A DNA stretch of 64,000 nt from contig CM007992.1 in assembly GCA_002189035.1 (NCBI GenBank), forward strand, positions 1,488,001-1,552,000. The letters are read 5' to 3'. Position numbers and translations under genes: made by a program. The stretch's first letter is position 1; the number at the start of each line of letters is the position of its first letter. Positions 11,877-25,480 of the stretch are shown here, piece by piece. The notes beneath the pieces are model-generated. The model saw only the letters and a list, made by a program, of their open reading frames with translations. It was not told the origin of the DNA and did not search any database. This DNA is from Utricularia gibba (lineage: Eukaryota > Plantae > Magnoliophyta).

Positions 11877-14030
11877 ATGGCGAATCCAATTCTTGTTGCA
11901 AAGGTTTTCTATGGGGGGAATATTGTTGTATATGAGAGCGGTTATCGTGGTTATGATAAAGATCCGGTGGCTTTTTACAATTATCATCATGATTCAACTT
12001 TTACAGATATGAAGATGTAGCTCTATGAACTGCTAGATCTTGACTCGTCAAAGCAAATTCATTGGGGGGTGATGTAATGTATTCTACAGGAGAATATCAA
12101 GCTATTTGCAATGATGAAAATCACAACTCAGAGGAATCTCACCATTCTGAAGACCATATGATGGATAGTTTTGCTGATTGTGATCATGATTGTGATTTAC
12201 AAGAAGAAGAGCAATCTGAACACTAGGTTTCAAACGAATTTGTAGCAAATGTAACCAGAAATATAGATGCTCAAGAGGATGAAAGTGACGAGATACCATG
12301 TCCCTTGGTGAAGGGTCAATTATTTCCCGACAAGGAATCATTCCGATCGGCTATTGTTGATTACTCTCAACAGATAGGCTGTGAGTTTCATGTTACGGAT
12401 AGTGATACCACACATCTTGAATTACGTTGCTCTTTACGAGCAACCCAAGACTGCAAATGGAGAGTACGAGTAGGACGATCCAAAAGGCTTATGGCATGGA
12501 AAATCTCTATTGTTGAAAAGTTCTACACATGTAGACATCTTGGCCCTCGTTCATTTAACCATAGAAACATTGAACCGGAGTACATAGCAAGAATAGCAAT
12601 TCCTTTTCTCAAAAAGGATATACAAACAAAGGTCAGTGCAATTCAAACAGCAATTAATACTGAGACTGGTTATGTTATTCCATATCATCGAGTATGGTAT
12701 GGAGTATGAAGAGGGTTTGAATTATTATATGGAACTTGAGAGTCATCAGTAAAAAAGCTCCCTACTTTTCTACAAGAGGTAATGATCCAAAATCCCATAT
12801 CAATTGTTAAGTTTGAGAATAAGCCTGGAGACACATTACATTTTGTTTTTTGGGCTTTTGGTCCTTGCATCAACACTTATCAGTGGTGCCGTCTAGTTAT
12901 ATCTGTAGACGCAACTCATCTTTATACAAAGTATGATCACAAGATGTTAATTGCAGTTACAATATATGCAAGTGGTTTTCTGGTTCCACTTGCTTTCGCG
13001 GTTGTTGATTGTTAAAATAACAACTCATGGTTGTGGTTTATTGATTTGCTAGCACGTTACGTTGTTGGAAATAGAGGAACTTGTCTCATTTCAGATCATT
13101 GCTCTTCCATAATAAAAGCAGCAAAACTGGTACCATCTTTCAATAAGCAATTAGGAGGATGTCATCGACATTGTCTGCGGCATTTACAGCAAAATGTTTA
13201 TGACAAACATCGAGGCATAGCAATGAAGGATTTGTGTTGGAAGGCAGGCACTGCAACATCTGTTTCAAAATTTGAGTATCATATGTCATTATTGAAGGAA
13301 CACAATGAAGGAGCTTGGAGCTATCTAGCTAAAATACCGTTTGAGCGGTGAGCACTATCACATGATGGTGGTAAAAGGTACATAATTAGTAAATTAAGTT
13401 ATAAATAAGTAAATAATGGCTGCAACTTTTAATTTTTTTTTTAAGATATGGTATGATAACTACTAATCAAGTAGAAGGTATGAATGGCGTTCTTTTAGAA
13501 GCTCGACATCTTCCTATTATAGCTTTGGCACAGGTATAATTTAAAATGAATTTATTATGATTTATTGTTTTTAATACTAATGATATTATTTTCATCCCTT
13601 TTAGACAACATTTGCTAGGTGTAAAAAATACTTTTCTGATCGATTAGCCAATGCACTTCGCCAAAAGGAATGTAATATCTTATATGCTGAGCAACCAAAC
13701 AAACTTTTACAACGTTGGGATAGAGCCGTACCACACATTGTTGAGATTTATGACCCACACAGGATGGTTATACATGTGACTACACGTAGCAAGAGACATT
13801 AGTGCTCCAAAACATATATCGTTCGAATACTTGATGGAACTTATGAGTGTAGAAAATAACAAAATTATGGAATTCCTTCTTCACATGCACAACAAGTATA
13901 TATAATTATTTAATTATTTTGTTATAAAAACTTTATTAACAATTCTCTTATTTTGAAATTCAGGCCTGCAAGAAATTGGGGTTGACTCTTATGATTATGT
14001 TGACCCAATATTCAAAATTGATAGGCAAAT
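11877..14030 (+). pseudogene. Degenerate MuDRA-type transposase
   Basis: MANPILVAKVFYGGNI start; KGQLFPDKESFRSAI (MuDR domain); FVFWAFGPCI..VISVDATHLYTKYDHKMLIAV..LVPLAFAVVD; CLISDH; HRHCLRHLQQN; SWIM-like relic near 13840-13890; several stops and frameshifts. Confidence 0.9.
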
Positions 14031-15284
14031 CTTTATTTATCAAGAACAATTTGCACCTTTATGGCCAAAGAACCAGTGGACTCCATCCCCATTGAGACTT
14101 GTACGTGATCCAAGCAAAAAAAAGTGGTATGTCCTGGTGTTCAAAGGTCTACACGATTTCAAATGGGTTTCGATAGAGGAAGGAGAAGACAAACTTCTAC
14201 AGGACGAAGTCCTGAAAATATAACTCAGGAAATAAACAGATCTAGAAGTCCTCCGCAAATTCATCGTAGAAGTATAGACACGCCTTATTATCAAGTTGCA
14301 GAACCAAGTTTCCAACAACCGCGATTATCAATGCAAGAGCCACCTCAAGGATGGAATTATGTAAGTGATATTGCAGGACCATCAACCCAAAGAAGATCGT
14401 TTTTTGATAAACTTTTTCCTAGGTTTGGAAAAAAAATATTAGTGATGCTTTAAGGAATTTGTATTTAAAAATATTAGTAATGCTTTAAGTGGAATATATC
14501 TAAACATTAGAAGTTTTTTTTTATAACACTTTGAAAATGAAAGTTTTCCAAAACAGGACGCACAAAAAGCTTTCCAAATTATCACATCTAGTTTTACCAT
14601 AAAATTATCACACCCATTTTACTCTCATATTGATCAATAGTATTAATAAGTACAATTAAAATAAAATTAAAACAATAAAAGAAAAAATAAAAAAATACCT
14701 AAATTTATCATGTGTACCATAGTTGACTATTTTTTTAAAGTTGCTTTTTGTCAATGCCTAGATTTGCAATTGACCCACGTACCAGACTATCAGCTTTTTG
14801 CCATAATCTGAAATCATGAAAATCAATAGAAGGAATAACAGCATCACCAGTAATGAAATCAAGTTTATCTTTACATTCTAATACAACGCATATCTCTCGA
14901 CTCCAATCAAAGAAATTAAAGAGAGTGAGGATACGATCTACCAATGTTGTGCTTAGAAAATCCGAATTCACAATATAGTAGAGAGAATTTTCTGTTCTCT
15001 GCTACGGAGTCAGCATTCTCCCAATAAAATCATCCGATTTAGTCTGCAAATTCATTCTTCAAAGGCAAGTAGGGTTATCGAAGGTAAGCAATCAAAATGA
15101 TTGCAAATAAGGAGCAAAAGCAGAAAGCTCAGCAGCAATAATCGATCAAGGTCTTATACCATGTTACGAGGAAAAAAGCGATGAACAGGTTTTGAGAATT
15201 TTTCGTTGTATTTCAACAATTGTTTTTGACTACATATTTATAGTGCAAAATAAAAATGAAGTTAAAGAAAAAATAATAAAGAAG

Positions 15285-15310
15285 CGTGGCCCGAAGCTGA
15301 GGGCCCATTA
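15285..15310 (+). promoter_or_regulatory. Site II-like (GGCCC/GGCCCA) motifs upstream of Abitram
   Basis: GTGGCCCG and GGGCCCAT within ~70 bp of the inferred ATG; typical of plant housekeeping and proliferation gene promoters. Confidence 0.45.
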
Positions 15311-15350
15311 CGTGGGATTGCTTCAACCCTGGGGAGAGCTGCCGGACGAT

Positions 15351-16594
15351 ATGCAAGGTTCCACAGGTTCTCTCAACAGTATCCCTAAATACAGTGGACA
15401 ATTTCATTGCCGAAGGCGAACTCTGACAATGGCTCCCACCATTTTGCAGATTTGAAGGGAAACGGCGATGAAGTTGAATATCCTCGTTCTTCATATCCTG
15501 GCGCTTGCGGAAGTGAAAAGGATTTGTGTGAAAGGCATGAGCAGGACCAGGAGGCAGAAGATTTGAGGAGGCTTTTGCAGCCCATTGTTGAGGAGTTGCC
15601 AGAAACCCCCCCTTCTGCCATCGAAATCAATTTCACAACCTACTTCGCCCTTGGTACTGTGACATGTCAATCGTTATTTTGGTTCTGCAGCAATTCCTGA
15701 AGGAATCCTTTGAAGGGCCTTTGGTGACTCCCCGCTTTTTCGTGTTTATCAATCTTTTTTTTTTCTTTGCCTGGTTTTCAGATTTTATGAAGCCTGGACA
15801 TGATCAATATGTTCATCGCCATGCCAACGGGTATCACTTGAATTCTATATGTATTTGAAAGAGTTACAAAATCAAATCTTGTTGTATTTGAATTTAACAA
15901 CTTACTCAATTTCTATTGAATAGGCTGTGTGTCATTGGCTTGGCTCCTAGTCATATGGCTTTCAAGGAGAAGGGTGAAATAACAGTTGATTTTAACGTTG
16001 GAAAGTCTGATCGAGCTGGAATGAAGGTGACTGGGAAACGCAAAAAAGTGAGATGATGGATCCCTGTTTTAGTGTTCAGTTTAAAAGGCATAGAAATATG
16101 CTTTCAGAACCAGGGCATAGAAATCTGCATCATTTTTTTGTCTTATATATAACAAAGTGTTTCTTATTCTAACTGCAGAACGCCCAACACTTTGAATCCA
16201 ATACCGCATTATGTAAAGTATGTACAGGCGATTCTTCTTTCGTAGTGAGGTGCGGATTTCCATCCCGGCTTTCTCTTGGTTTGTATTTTTTTTATATATA
16301 CAGTTTGACGCACCAATGCCTATTATCAGATGTTGTGTGAAAGGCTCCCTCCTAGAAGTCAATGAAAGGCTGGTTGAACAACCAGAATTGCTTTGCCAAA
16401 CTGTAGGAGACTAACTACTCCATTTGATTTATCCAATATTGTAGTGTGCGCGCGTGGTGACTGTGTTTTGTCTTTTGCAGCCAGAGAGAGAGGGATACAT
16501 TGCAATCATAATGCCAAAACCAGCTGATTGGATAAAGGCCAAGGTTTTCTTGGTCGATGAGAAAGAGTATAGAAAGTTAAGATCACAACCTTGA
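15351..16594 (+). CDS. ABITRAM: Abitram/Simiate (FAM206A) homolog, single hybrid motif superfamily, ~216 aa
   Basis: Exons 15450-15653, 15782-15830, 15924-16047, 16179-16249, 16330-16402, 16481-16594 are GT-AG and in frame: PPSAIEINFTTYFALDFMKPGHDQYVHRHANGLCVIGLAP..DFNVGKSDR..KVTGKRKKNAQHFESNTALCKV..VRCCVKGSLLEVNERL..EGYIAIIMPKP. First exon 15351-15366 (MQGST) is inferred because no in-frame ATG exists in exon 2. Confidence 0.9.
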
Positions 16595-17859
16595 TTTTTA
16601 TTAATAGTGAGAGAATTCCTCAGGAAGCAAAACATTGAGCTTGAGTAGGTATTCTGACTTCAGTTGATTTAAATAGCAGTTTTTATATGGAACCGTGTTC
16701 GTGTTACTGAAAACTTGCGATGTGCCAAGTAAGCACCGGTGAGTGTGCTTCTCCATCTCTTCCTGATGCTCATGAAAGCAAGACTCATGCATTTGCAAGT
16801 CTTCCATCACTTGCCTTGATGTTTTAATGTTTCCATTTCTGATGGCAATCTCCTTCACAAATTTCATGTGCTCCATACCATCGTTGTCCCTCTGCATTAG
16901 CCAGCCAATTGTATAAGCCTCTGTTACTGTAGCTTCGACCTGGCTCCGACGTTTCATGGCTTGATGTCCGGGAAGATGTTAATTAAAAGAGTTTCATGGT
17001 GATGCATCTTACGTGAATGATGATACCATCTTGTCAACATATGGTTCTCGTGCAAGAACTGCATCAAGTGATTATACAGTGAAAGCAACCTCATATTTTG
17101 GTAGACCAAAGTCTGTTGTCCGTGCTCACCTTGATCAATAATATTGATGAATCACATAAAGTTTGGGATGTGAAGACCGTTCAATGCACCCCCACCTTCA
17201 AGGGTATACACGATGCCTCCCAAATTTCTCATTCTCCCAAGTCGACACAATATTTTTTGAACAGGGAGTTGAAGCATCCGTGAATGCTGCACATCTTCTT
17301 CCCGAAAATGTGGATCACATAGCTGTGTGTAACAGGACGCCCTGGATATACATCATCATATATCAAGTTGAGGACTTTGTTTTGCTTGGTTACAACTTAC
17401 ACCTCCCATCCTCTTCTCTCTCTCTCTCTCTCTCATGAAGGTTGTGAAAAGCTTTTCATCTGGGAAAAGAGAAGCTGGAGATGTTTCTTATGGCAGCTCT
17501 TGCGTCACCCTAGGGGGACTGGATTTACACCCTTGGTGAAAAAGATGGGTTTGAAATGGCGCTGAAACTTACTCGTTGCACCACTGGCTCTTCCTTCTTC
17601 TTTGATAGTTCACATTCATATGCATCTGCAGAAGCATGTAATGCCTCAGCGACCAGCCTGGCGAACTGGAGCACCTGGTGAAGCCATATATATATATACA
17701 TGTGTGTGTGTGTTTGGGTGTTTTTTCACGGGATCCAAAGGAACTTGTGAGAGATGTGATCCCATTCATCTCATGGCAGGTACATGCCGAGGGTGTGATC
17801 GGGATCGCCCACCACCCCCATGTGGCTAACTCTTTTGTTCATCCAGTGAAGTGAAATAG

Positions 17860-20800
17860 AGAGACAAATTACACCTCTGCGAAAACGTTATTGGTTGAAT
17901 AATCTTTATTTTTTTTTGTTTGCTGAATACTCATATTTGAGGTAAGATAAATAATAAAATAATAAAAACATATTTGATATATTCAAAATAATTAATAAAC
18001 ATGTTTATATATATACATATGTGATTAGGTTTCATTGGTGACGTGTAATTAACAATAAATCATAAACATACAAATAAATAATGATTACAATATATAAATA
18101 TGTTCAAAATATTAATAATTAACATTCAAAGAATATAAGTTCATAATGAATAGCAAATAAGCATTCAATCCTAATTTCAAACTCTAAAATGATAAATTTA
18201 AAATAAAAAGTAAACAAACATTTCATCTAAATAAATCAAATTATCAAATGATGTGTAATGTAATCAATAAAATATATAAACAATAAACATTTAATCTAAA
18301 ATATTTTAAATGATCAAATGATGTATAATACATATTTAAAATAAAAAAATACTCATTCGATCCACATAACATTTAAAAGTAGATTCTAATATTATATTAA
18401 AATAAAAATATACACATTCAATCCAAAAAAAATCTAAAAATGAAGTGTAACATAATTTTTTTTACAAACATAAGAATTCGATCCAAATAACATTTATGAA
18501 TTGAATCCAATTCGAATCAAATAACATCTAAATATTAAGTGTTCCAATTTTAAAATAAAAATATACATTAAATCCAAATAATATCTAAATAGTTTATTTG
18601 ATACTTATAAATATAAAATACATGTATATAAATTATGTGATAATTATAAATTATATATAAAAAGTAATAATTAATTTTTTAAAAAATTTCTAATTCTAAT
18701 TTTGAATTTAATTTTAATATCAAAGAATCATAATAATTAATAAAATATACTTTATTAAAATTTTGAATTTTAATTTTAATATCAAAGAATCATAATAATT
18801 AATAAAATATACTTTATTAAAATTTTGAATTTAAAACCACAATGCTCCATGGATGATATTACATAATTCAGTGCACTTGAAGTGTATGGTTTAATAGTTC
18901 ATCCCTACATTTATTACAAAAAAATAGCAATTAAATTATAACAGTTATATCAAATAATTATATCATTAGTTAACAAAAAAATAGTTGTAATATCTTCTAA
19001 TGGCTAAATTTATTATTTGAATAAATATAATATCATAAATGTTTTCTATAAATATCATATATGTTACATAAATTCACATTTTAATTTCACTTATTAATTT
19101 TGCCTCTTTCATACATTCTCTTATTTTCTATACAAATATTCATTCTCATTTTTACATTTACATTCTCGTTCATTTCGCAAGTATAATGAATACTTTATTC
19201 GGATATATGTGTATTTTTTTGTGACAACTACTTCAATGATTATATTATTCACATGATGTTCGACAGAGCGTCAAACGAATATCTTCATCTCAAAAAAGGG
19301 ATCAAGTTTGAAAGACTATGTCGTCGCTTATATGTTATATTAAGTATGAGTCCAAATCAATCTTATCTTACAATTATTGCTCGATACATCGAAAGTGAAA
19401 CGAGTGCACTAAACTATATTCCACGATGATTACTCTTTACGTTTTTTGTTCCATTCTATCAACATACAATCTAATGTCGATATGGTCATCATATTAGAAA
19501 ATGCTACTTTTAACACCATTAATGCATTCAAAAGTAGAGATATGTACAACTTAAAATTTTATTACATAAAATTTTTATTTGTTAATATATATTTTAGCTT
19601 TTTATGAAGGTGAAAATGTCGATTTGAATACATCAAATGAATATAATTTATCTAATGTCTCCAGAATATAAATGAATCACAATGAACCATATAAGTAACG
19701 AGATGGTATAATACTCACTTATTTTCATGATATATAAGTCACGGCCATAAGAGGAAAATGAAAGTAATCATTCAAATTTAAAGTCACATTCTAATGAATA
19801 TATATCAGAGACAATGTGGACTAATATATAAGATTATCCACATGTTAATAATAATGAAGATAGAGATATTGAATTTGATCCATGCGAAAGTAACTCTCCC
19901 ATGTGGCAAAACTCCGTCTATCCATCTGATATTCCGTTGGAGTATGATGTAAATATAATGCTATTACCTCCTAGACTCATATTCCCAACGAAGATCGAGT
20001 TACACATTGTGATAACAAATTATTCAATTTTTGTTGCTAGACAGGAATTTCATATACTAAAGACTTGCAAACCAACAAAAATATGAAAAATTACATTGAT
20101 GCAAGAACCTCATACCTATAATGTTTGCATTTCTTCGACGATAAAATATGTTAATCTATAGAAGAAATTTCTTGCAAGAATATTTTTGGAAGTCATAAGG
20201 AATAGATCAAAAATTAAAGTTTCCACGATCTAATGAATGATGCTTTAAAAGTTTAGATTTAAGGTTTACTATTAGAAATCATTATCTATCCTAATAAGAG
20301 TATACGGTATTGTTTATGGTATATGAGATGAGTCAACAATAAAATTACCTCGATATTATTAAGAGTTACAAGGAACTAATACTGAAATTGTGGTTCGTTT
20401 CTACAATATACGTAGCTCCAAATGTTATCTTCTTCATTATATGTTTTGGGCTTTTAGACCATGTATCGAAGGATATAAATTTTGCCGATCTGTAATTTAA
20501 GTTGATGGAACGTATCTCTATGTTCGATATTACTACAAGTTATTCGTCGTAGTTGCTACCGATGCAGGAAAACATTGTTTCCCAGTGGCTTATGCCATTG
20601 TAGATTGCAAATCATGTACAACATGAATATGATTTTTAGAATTGCTATATGAGCATATTATATGTGGTCATCATCTCACATGCATAATTAGAGATAGAGA
20701 ATCTAGATTTTTTAGCATCACAAATATGGTGTCAAGTTTTCGGAAGCCTTATGGATATCATCGATTCTATCTCAGACATATACACACGAATTGTCTGATA

Positions 20801-23290
20801 CATCATAAGAGTAAGCATTCGCATGGTTTAATATGGATTGCAAGAATACATCTTGTCGATATGAATTTCAACGATTAATGCATATACCGGAGCATATCAA
20901 TATTTGATGGATATTACATTAGATATGTGGATGTTATCACATGATAAAAGATTAAGATATATTTATTATTATTATTATTACTTTTAATTTTAATTTTATT
21001 TATTATTATTTTTCATTATCATTATAATAATAATATTATTATTTATTTTATAATGAATATTACATTTATATTTATAGATTCAATATTATGATGACAAATC
21101 ATGCTGAGACAATGAACAGAGTATTTTGAGGTGAGCGACGACGTAATCCAACACTTATTGTTAAAGTATGTAAAATAATTTCATTAATTACACATTTGCT
21201 ACCTATATATTAAAAAATTATGATTATAGGCTATATTTGAGAAAACAAAAGAATGGTTTGAAGATCATATTGATGCGACTCGATGAATGACTACAAAAGA
21301 AAAAAAATGGGAAGAGAAGATTGATGAGGTATTTAAATTAAGAATAAAGAAGTTTAATGGTTTTATAATTGATAATTTTATTAAAAAGAACATGATTGAT
21401 TTTGTTATTAAGATATAATTAACACAAAGGAAATTTTACATAGTTGATATTTCACATAAAATGTGCACTTGTGGATTTTGAAAAAATTTTAGAGTTCATG
21501 ACAATCACGCGTCACAGGTAATTTATTGAAAACATTTTCTTTAATAAGTTATAAATTATTTAGATCAATGATATTATCTTTCTACACGTATGTCATAATT
21601 TTAATATTCAACCTCAAAAATTCATCAATAAGCTATATTAAATGAAAAAGTTAGTTGCTACATATATAGGTGAATTCTAAACTTTTCGAGATGAATCTTA
21701 TTGAGATACATTACCATTTATGTTGAAATCATACACTCTGAAACTACATGAACGAAGTCGGGAGCAACACACAACAACTTGAAGTCAAAGATCAATGGAT
21801 TGAACAACTGGTAGTTTAAACTCAAGAAGATCCTCTATGCATTCAAGTCATGCAAAATACGAGCATCCATCTATCATTTACGATGATATTTCTCATATGA
21901 CACTGCTTATGAGATACGAGAAATGATGTTATCATTATTTGGATCAAGTTATTAACAAAATTTAGCACCAAAACCTTCAAAAAGATCAACTCTTGGAACT
22001 TAACTCACGAATCTTATTCCAAGAAGACATTCAAATGATTGATAAAATAATTATCATTTAGAATTTTTTATATTTTTTTGGATTGTAATTTATGAATTTA
22101 TTTAATTTTTAAATTTTATTGAATTGTATTAATATAATTTATGAAAAAACTTGTATTCATGTATTTTAAAATGATAAATTATAAATATAATTTAATTTCA
22201 TATCATAATATAGCGATTCTTGTTAATTTTATTATTTAAAAAATATTTATATTTTCGTATTTATAGCTTTAATGAAAAATATAAAAAATATAAAATATAA
22301 TAGATGAATATATAGTATTTTCATTTATTAAATAATAAAATAATTTTTTTGGATTGAATATAAAGACAATTGTGGTTTACAAATCACGTTTGTCCTTATT
22401 AAACTATGCATGTGCATCGGCATAGTTTTATTTTATTTTATTTTATTAAATTCAATATTTTAATAAAATACATTTTATGAAATATTATGATTATTTGAAA
22501 TTAAAATTAAATTCAGAAGTTGAATAAAAATCTTTTTAAAAATTTAATTATTAATTATATTGAATTTATAATTATCAATCAATATATATATATATTATAT
22601 AAGTATCCATATAATGGATACTTAGATATTATTAGACTCAAATATGTACTTTTTTATTTTAAAATTGTATTACATTAGATTCGAACATGTTATTTGAATC
22701 AAGTATTATTTTTTTAAAAAAACTATATTACATTTTATTATTATATTTTATTTAGATAAAACGTATATTTTTATTTTAAATTTATATTATACTTGACAGT
22801 TGCGTGTTATGATAGAATGTATTATTACACATTATTCGATAGTTTTAATTATTTAGATCAAATATTTTTTTTATTTTTTATTATAAATTTATGTTATACG
22901 TATTTTAATATTTAAAATTATTTGTATCGAATGTTTATTTGCTATTTATTATGAACTTGTATTTTACATTATCATTTAATTATTAATTATTAATATGATT
23001 AAATGTAAATTTATTATTTATTTTAAATATATTTGTATATTGTAATCATTATTTATTTGTATGTTTATAATTTACTATTAATTATATGTAATCCTAATTA
23101 TATATATTTAAACGTATTTATTAATTACTTTAATATATTAAATATGTTATTATTATTTTATTATTTATCTTACCTTAATTAAGGGTATTCAACAAATAAA
23201 AAAAAATAGATATTCAACTAATTTTACAAAGAGGTAAGATATTCAGCCAACAAGTTTTTGGCAGAGGGGGTATTTTGCAAAAGAAGCCCA
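17860..23290 (+). mobile_element. Old MULE with ~1-kb AT-rich terminal inverted repeats and a decayed transposase
   Basis: 17860-18850 is an inverted match to 22360-23290 (e.g. ACACCTCTGCGAAAACG..TTGGTTGAATA vs reverse complement CCCCTCTGCCAAAAAC..TTGGCTGAATA; AAAACCACAAT vs ATTGTGGTTTA). Internal relic LHYMFWAFRPCIEGYKFCRSVI*VDGTYLY at ~20430-20520. TSD not identified. Confidence 0.8.
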
Positions 23291-25480
23291 AAAAGGGGTG
23301 TAATGGCTTTTATGTATGCAAGTTGTACGAAAGAGCTAGGGGTTAATAATGATGGTTTTGATTGGTTGAACCTGATATCATATACACACATGAGCCCCAT
23401 TTTATGCTTTTAGAAAGTATGACCTTCCAACTGCTCCAGGCGCTGATTTAAAAATAAATTGAATTAATTAGATATAATTCTTGTTTTAATTTTTTATTTT
23501 TAAAACGGTGAAATATAATTTTCTTTTTATTTAGTTTAATTTTAATTAATAATTTAAAAATATGTTTCATAGATAGGTTTTATAAATATGTTTTTAAATG
23601 TTATTGTATTTTACCATACATATATATTAAAATAGTTGAAAAAATAATTAGAATTCAATTAATTAAAAAATTAATATGATAAAAAATAATAATAAATATT
23701 ATTAGATTAATTATGCAGTTATTATACCAAGTACAATTTTAATAATTACTAACGTAGGCGTGTTTACCGATATAAAAAAAATCTAGTCTGATTATTTAAT
23801 ATTCAATTTTGAGTAAAAAAGAGAAAACAAAAAAAAATCATATTTTTTCCTTTTGGAAAAACAAAAAATTGGAGTAGAGAGAGAGGGGTAAACCAACAGA
23901 AAGAATGGGGGGATCCCCTTGTGCGCATTAGGTAGTTCCTAATCCAAATAATTTGGTAGTGACAGACAGGCTACGCACATAAATTGCGTTGTATGTCTAC
24001 TCTGCGGCTCCTCCTCCTCCTCCTCCTCCCTACGCCGGTGGTGCGCACTGTGTCTCCGGGGGGCGCGCACCGGCATTAGGGTTTATTGACTAGGGAGGGG
24101 AGGGGAGAGGGTACTAGGAGTTGAAGTTACGGCGGAGCTTAGGATGAGATTATGGGGTTTTGAATTGAATGCCATCTTAGGCGGTGTGGGTGTGGGTGTG
24201 GGAGAGCGTATCCTCCTCATCTCAGCTCCCCTCCCCTGTCTTCAATGATGCCTTCTGGAGCCTACCTCGTAGTTGGAACATTGATTATTTAACTTCCCAC
24301 TGGATAATGCTTCCATAATCAGCCCCATCGGATCTCCGATGGCAGATCTCGGGGACAAAAGGAGGTGGACCACAGCACAGTATCGACATCGCTCTTGTCC
24401 AAACCCTCTCTGTTTCTTTGCTTTTGCTACACAAACACCACCCACGAGCTCCTGCATTTTCCATTGGATCATCACGACAACTCCCCTCCTGCATGGTGTA
24501 AAACGCATCCACAAGAACCCCAACTCATTCATCTCCTTCACGCAAGCGCTACTTCCAGTCCCATACCTACAGACCTGCATCAGAGTAATCAAACTCAGTT
24601 TAAAACAAAAGTGGTCACTTCTTGAACATTTTTCACAATTTTGTCAGCTTTGGAGTTTGTGCACATCACTTTACTACACAAAATCCTAGATAGATTGTAT
24701 GAGATCTTTGTTGAATTGCAATAGTTTCAAAGGAATGTTTATCTTCTAAATTCATAATGTTTTAATTACTTTTTAAAAATAAATTTTTTATAAAAAATTA
24801 GTTATTTTCTATTAATTCAATTTATGTAATATAAATATCTATCAATAGCATTTATTAAATAATTGTATACATTTTATCTTAAATTTCAAATAATTATATT
24901 AATATTTGTTTGCCGATTTCAAATATAGAATCGCTTATGATTTAATTTTCATTGTTTCTCGTTTTTATGTTCCCCTGCTTTTGTTTTGCTGTTTCCTGAT
25001 TACACAGTTAAAAGATGGAGGAGTAAATGTAAAATCATGAGGATTAAATACATAATACAATCAACAATATAATACAATGCGGGTGACAATTTGTTTGCAT
25101 GTACCCAAGCAAATGGAGAATTGAGTGTGATTGTACGTGGCCATCAGTCAGTCATCCTTGGCAGAGCTACACTCTCAAAAGCATTTGCTTCTTCACCAAG
25201 ACTACGTGTACAAATTAATTGGAACCGAGGAGGAAGGAGTCTGTGGTGGTGGGTGGCGGCGGCGAGGAAGAAGAGGCGTGTATGTTATTTACTCACACTA
25301 CAGTGACCGGAGTCCGGGAGGGGAATTTAATGATGAATTTACTGCCCCAAGCACAGGTTTGGTGGTGAGTTCATTTAAGTTACTACTCCATCCATCATCC
25401 CCTTTCCCTGCCCTGCGCCTATTAAACGGGGCCTTGCTCCTCACTCTCGCACCTCTTCTTACAGGACAAACCGAAGCAAA

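Larger units (their letters stand above)
10608..14776 (+). mobile_element. Mutator-like element (MULE), 4169 bp, ~300-bp TIRs, perfect 9-bp TSD
   Basis: Starts GGGTCAATTGCAAA, ends TTTGCAATTGACCC; TIRs ~10608-10920 and ~14480-14776; TSD ACGTACCAG at 10599-10607 and 14777-14785. Confidence 0.95.
9450..15270 (-). mobile_element. Truncated Ty1/Copia (5' LTR relic, PBS, gag, protease, pre-integrase) interrupted by a MULE
   Basis: Met-type PBS-like TGGTATAAGAC (reverse complement of ~15151-15161); gag N-term FDWSREICVVLECKDKLDFITG..FRLWQKADSLVR (14780-14930) continuing SYLYDSMSKNLIRNF..ELWKSLEVHF..LTQGNLNVTEYY (10278-10607); protease-like LIIDMGAIAHMC (~9890-9925); IFRRSCCLIQDLKSNRLLGV (9650-9700). 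Confidence 0.85.

Noticed and set aside
15162-15364. Possible complete TG..CA 5' LTR for the minus-strand Copia
   Set aside because: The distal part overlaps the inferred Abitram first exon and site II motifs; no partner LTR or TSD.
15213-15636. Minus-strand ORFs 15213-15494 and 15385-15636
   Set aside because: Antisense shadows of Abitram exon 2.
24242-24689. Several overlapping 75-116 aa ORFs on both strands
   Set aside because: No recognisable domain or coherent splice structure.
25131-25320. Peptide with HQDYVY and EEEEAC reminiscent of a phytosulfokine precursor
   Set aside because: No YIYTQ, no ATG or signal peptide, and the motifs are in different frames and order.
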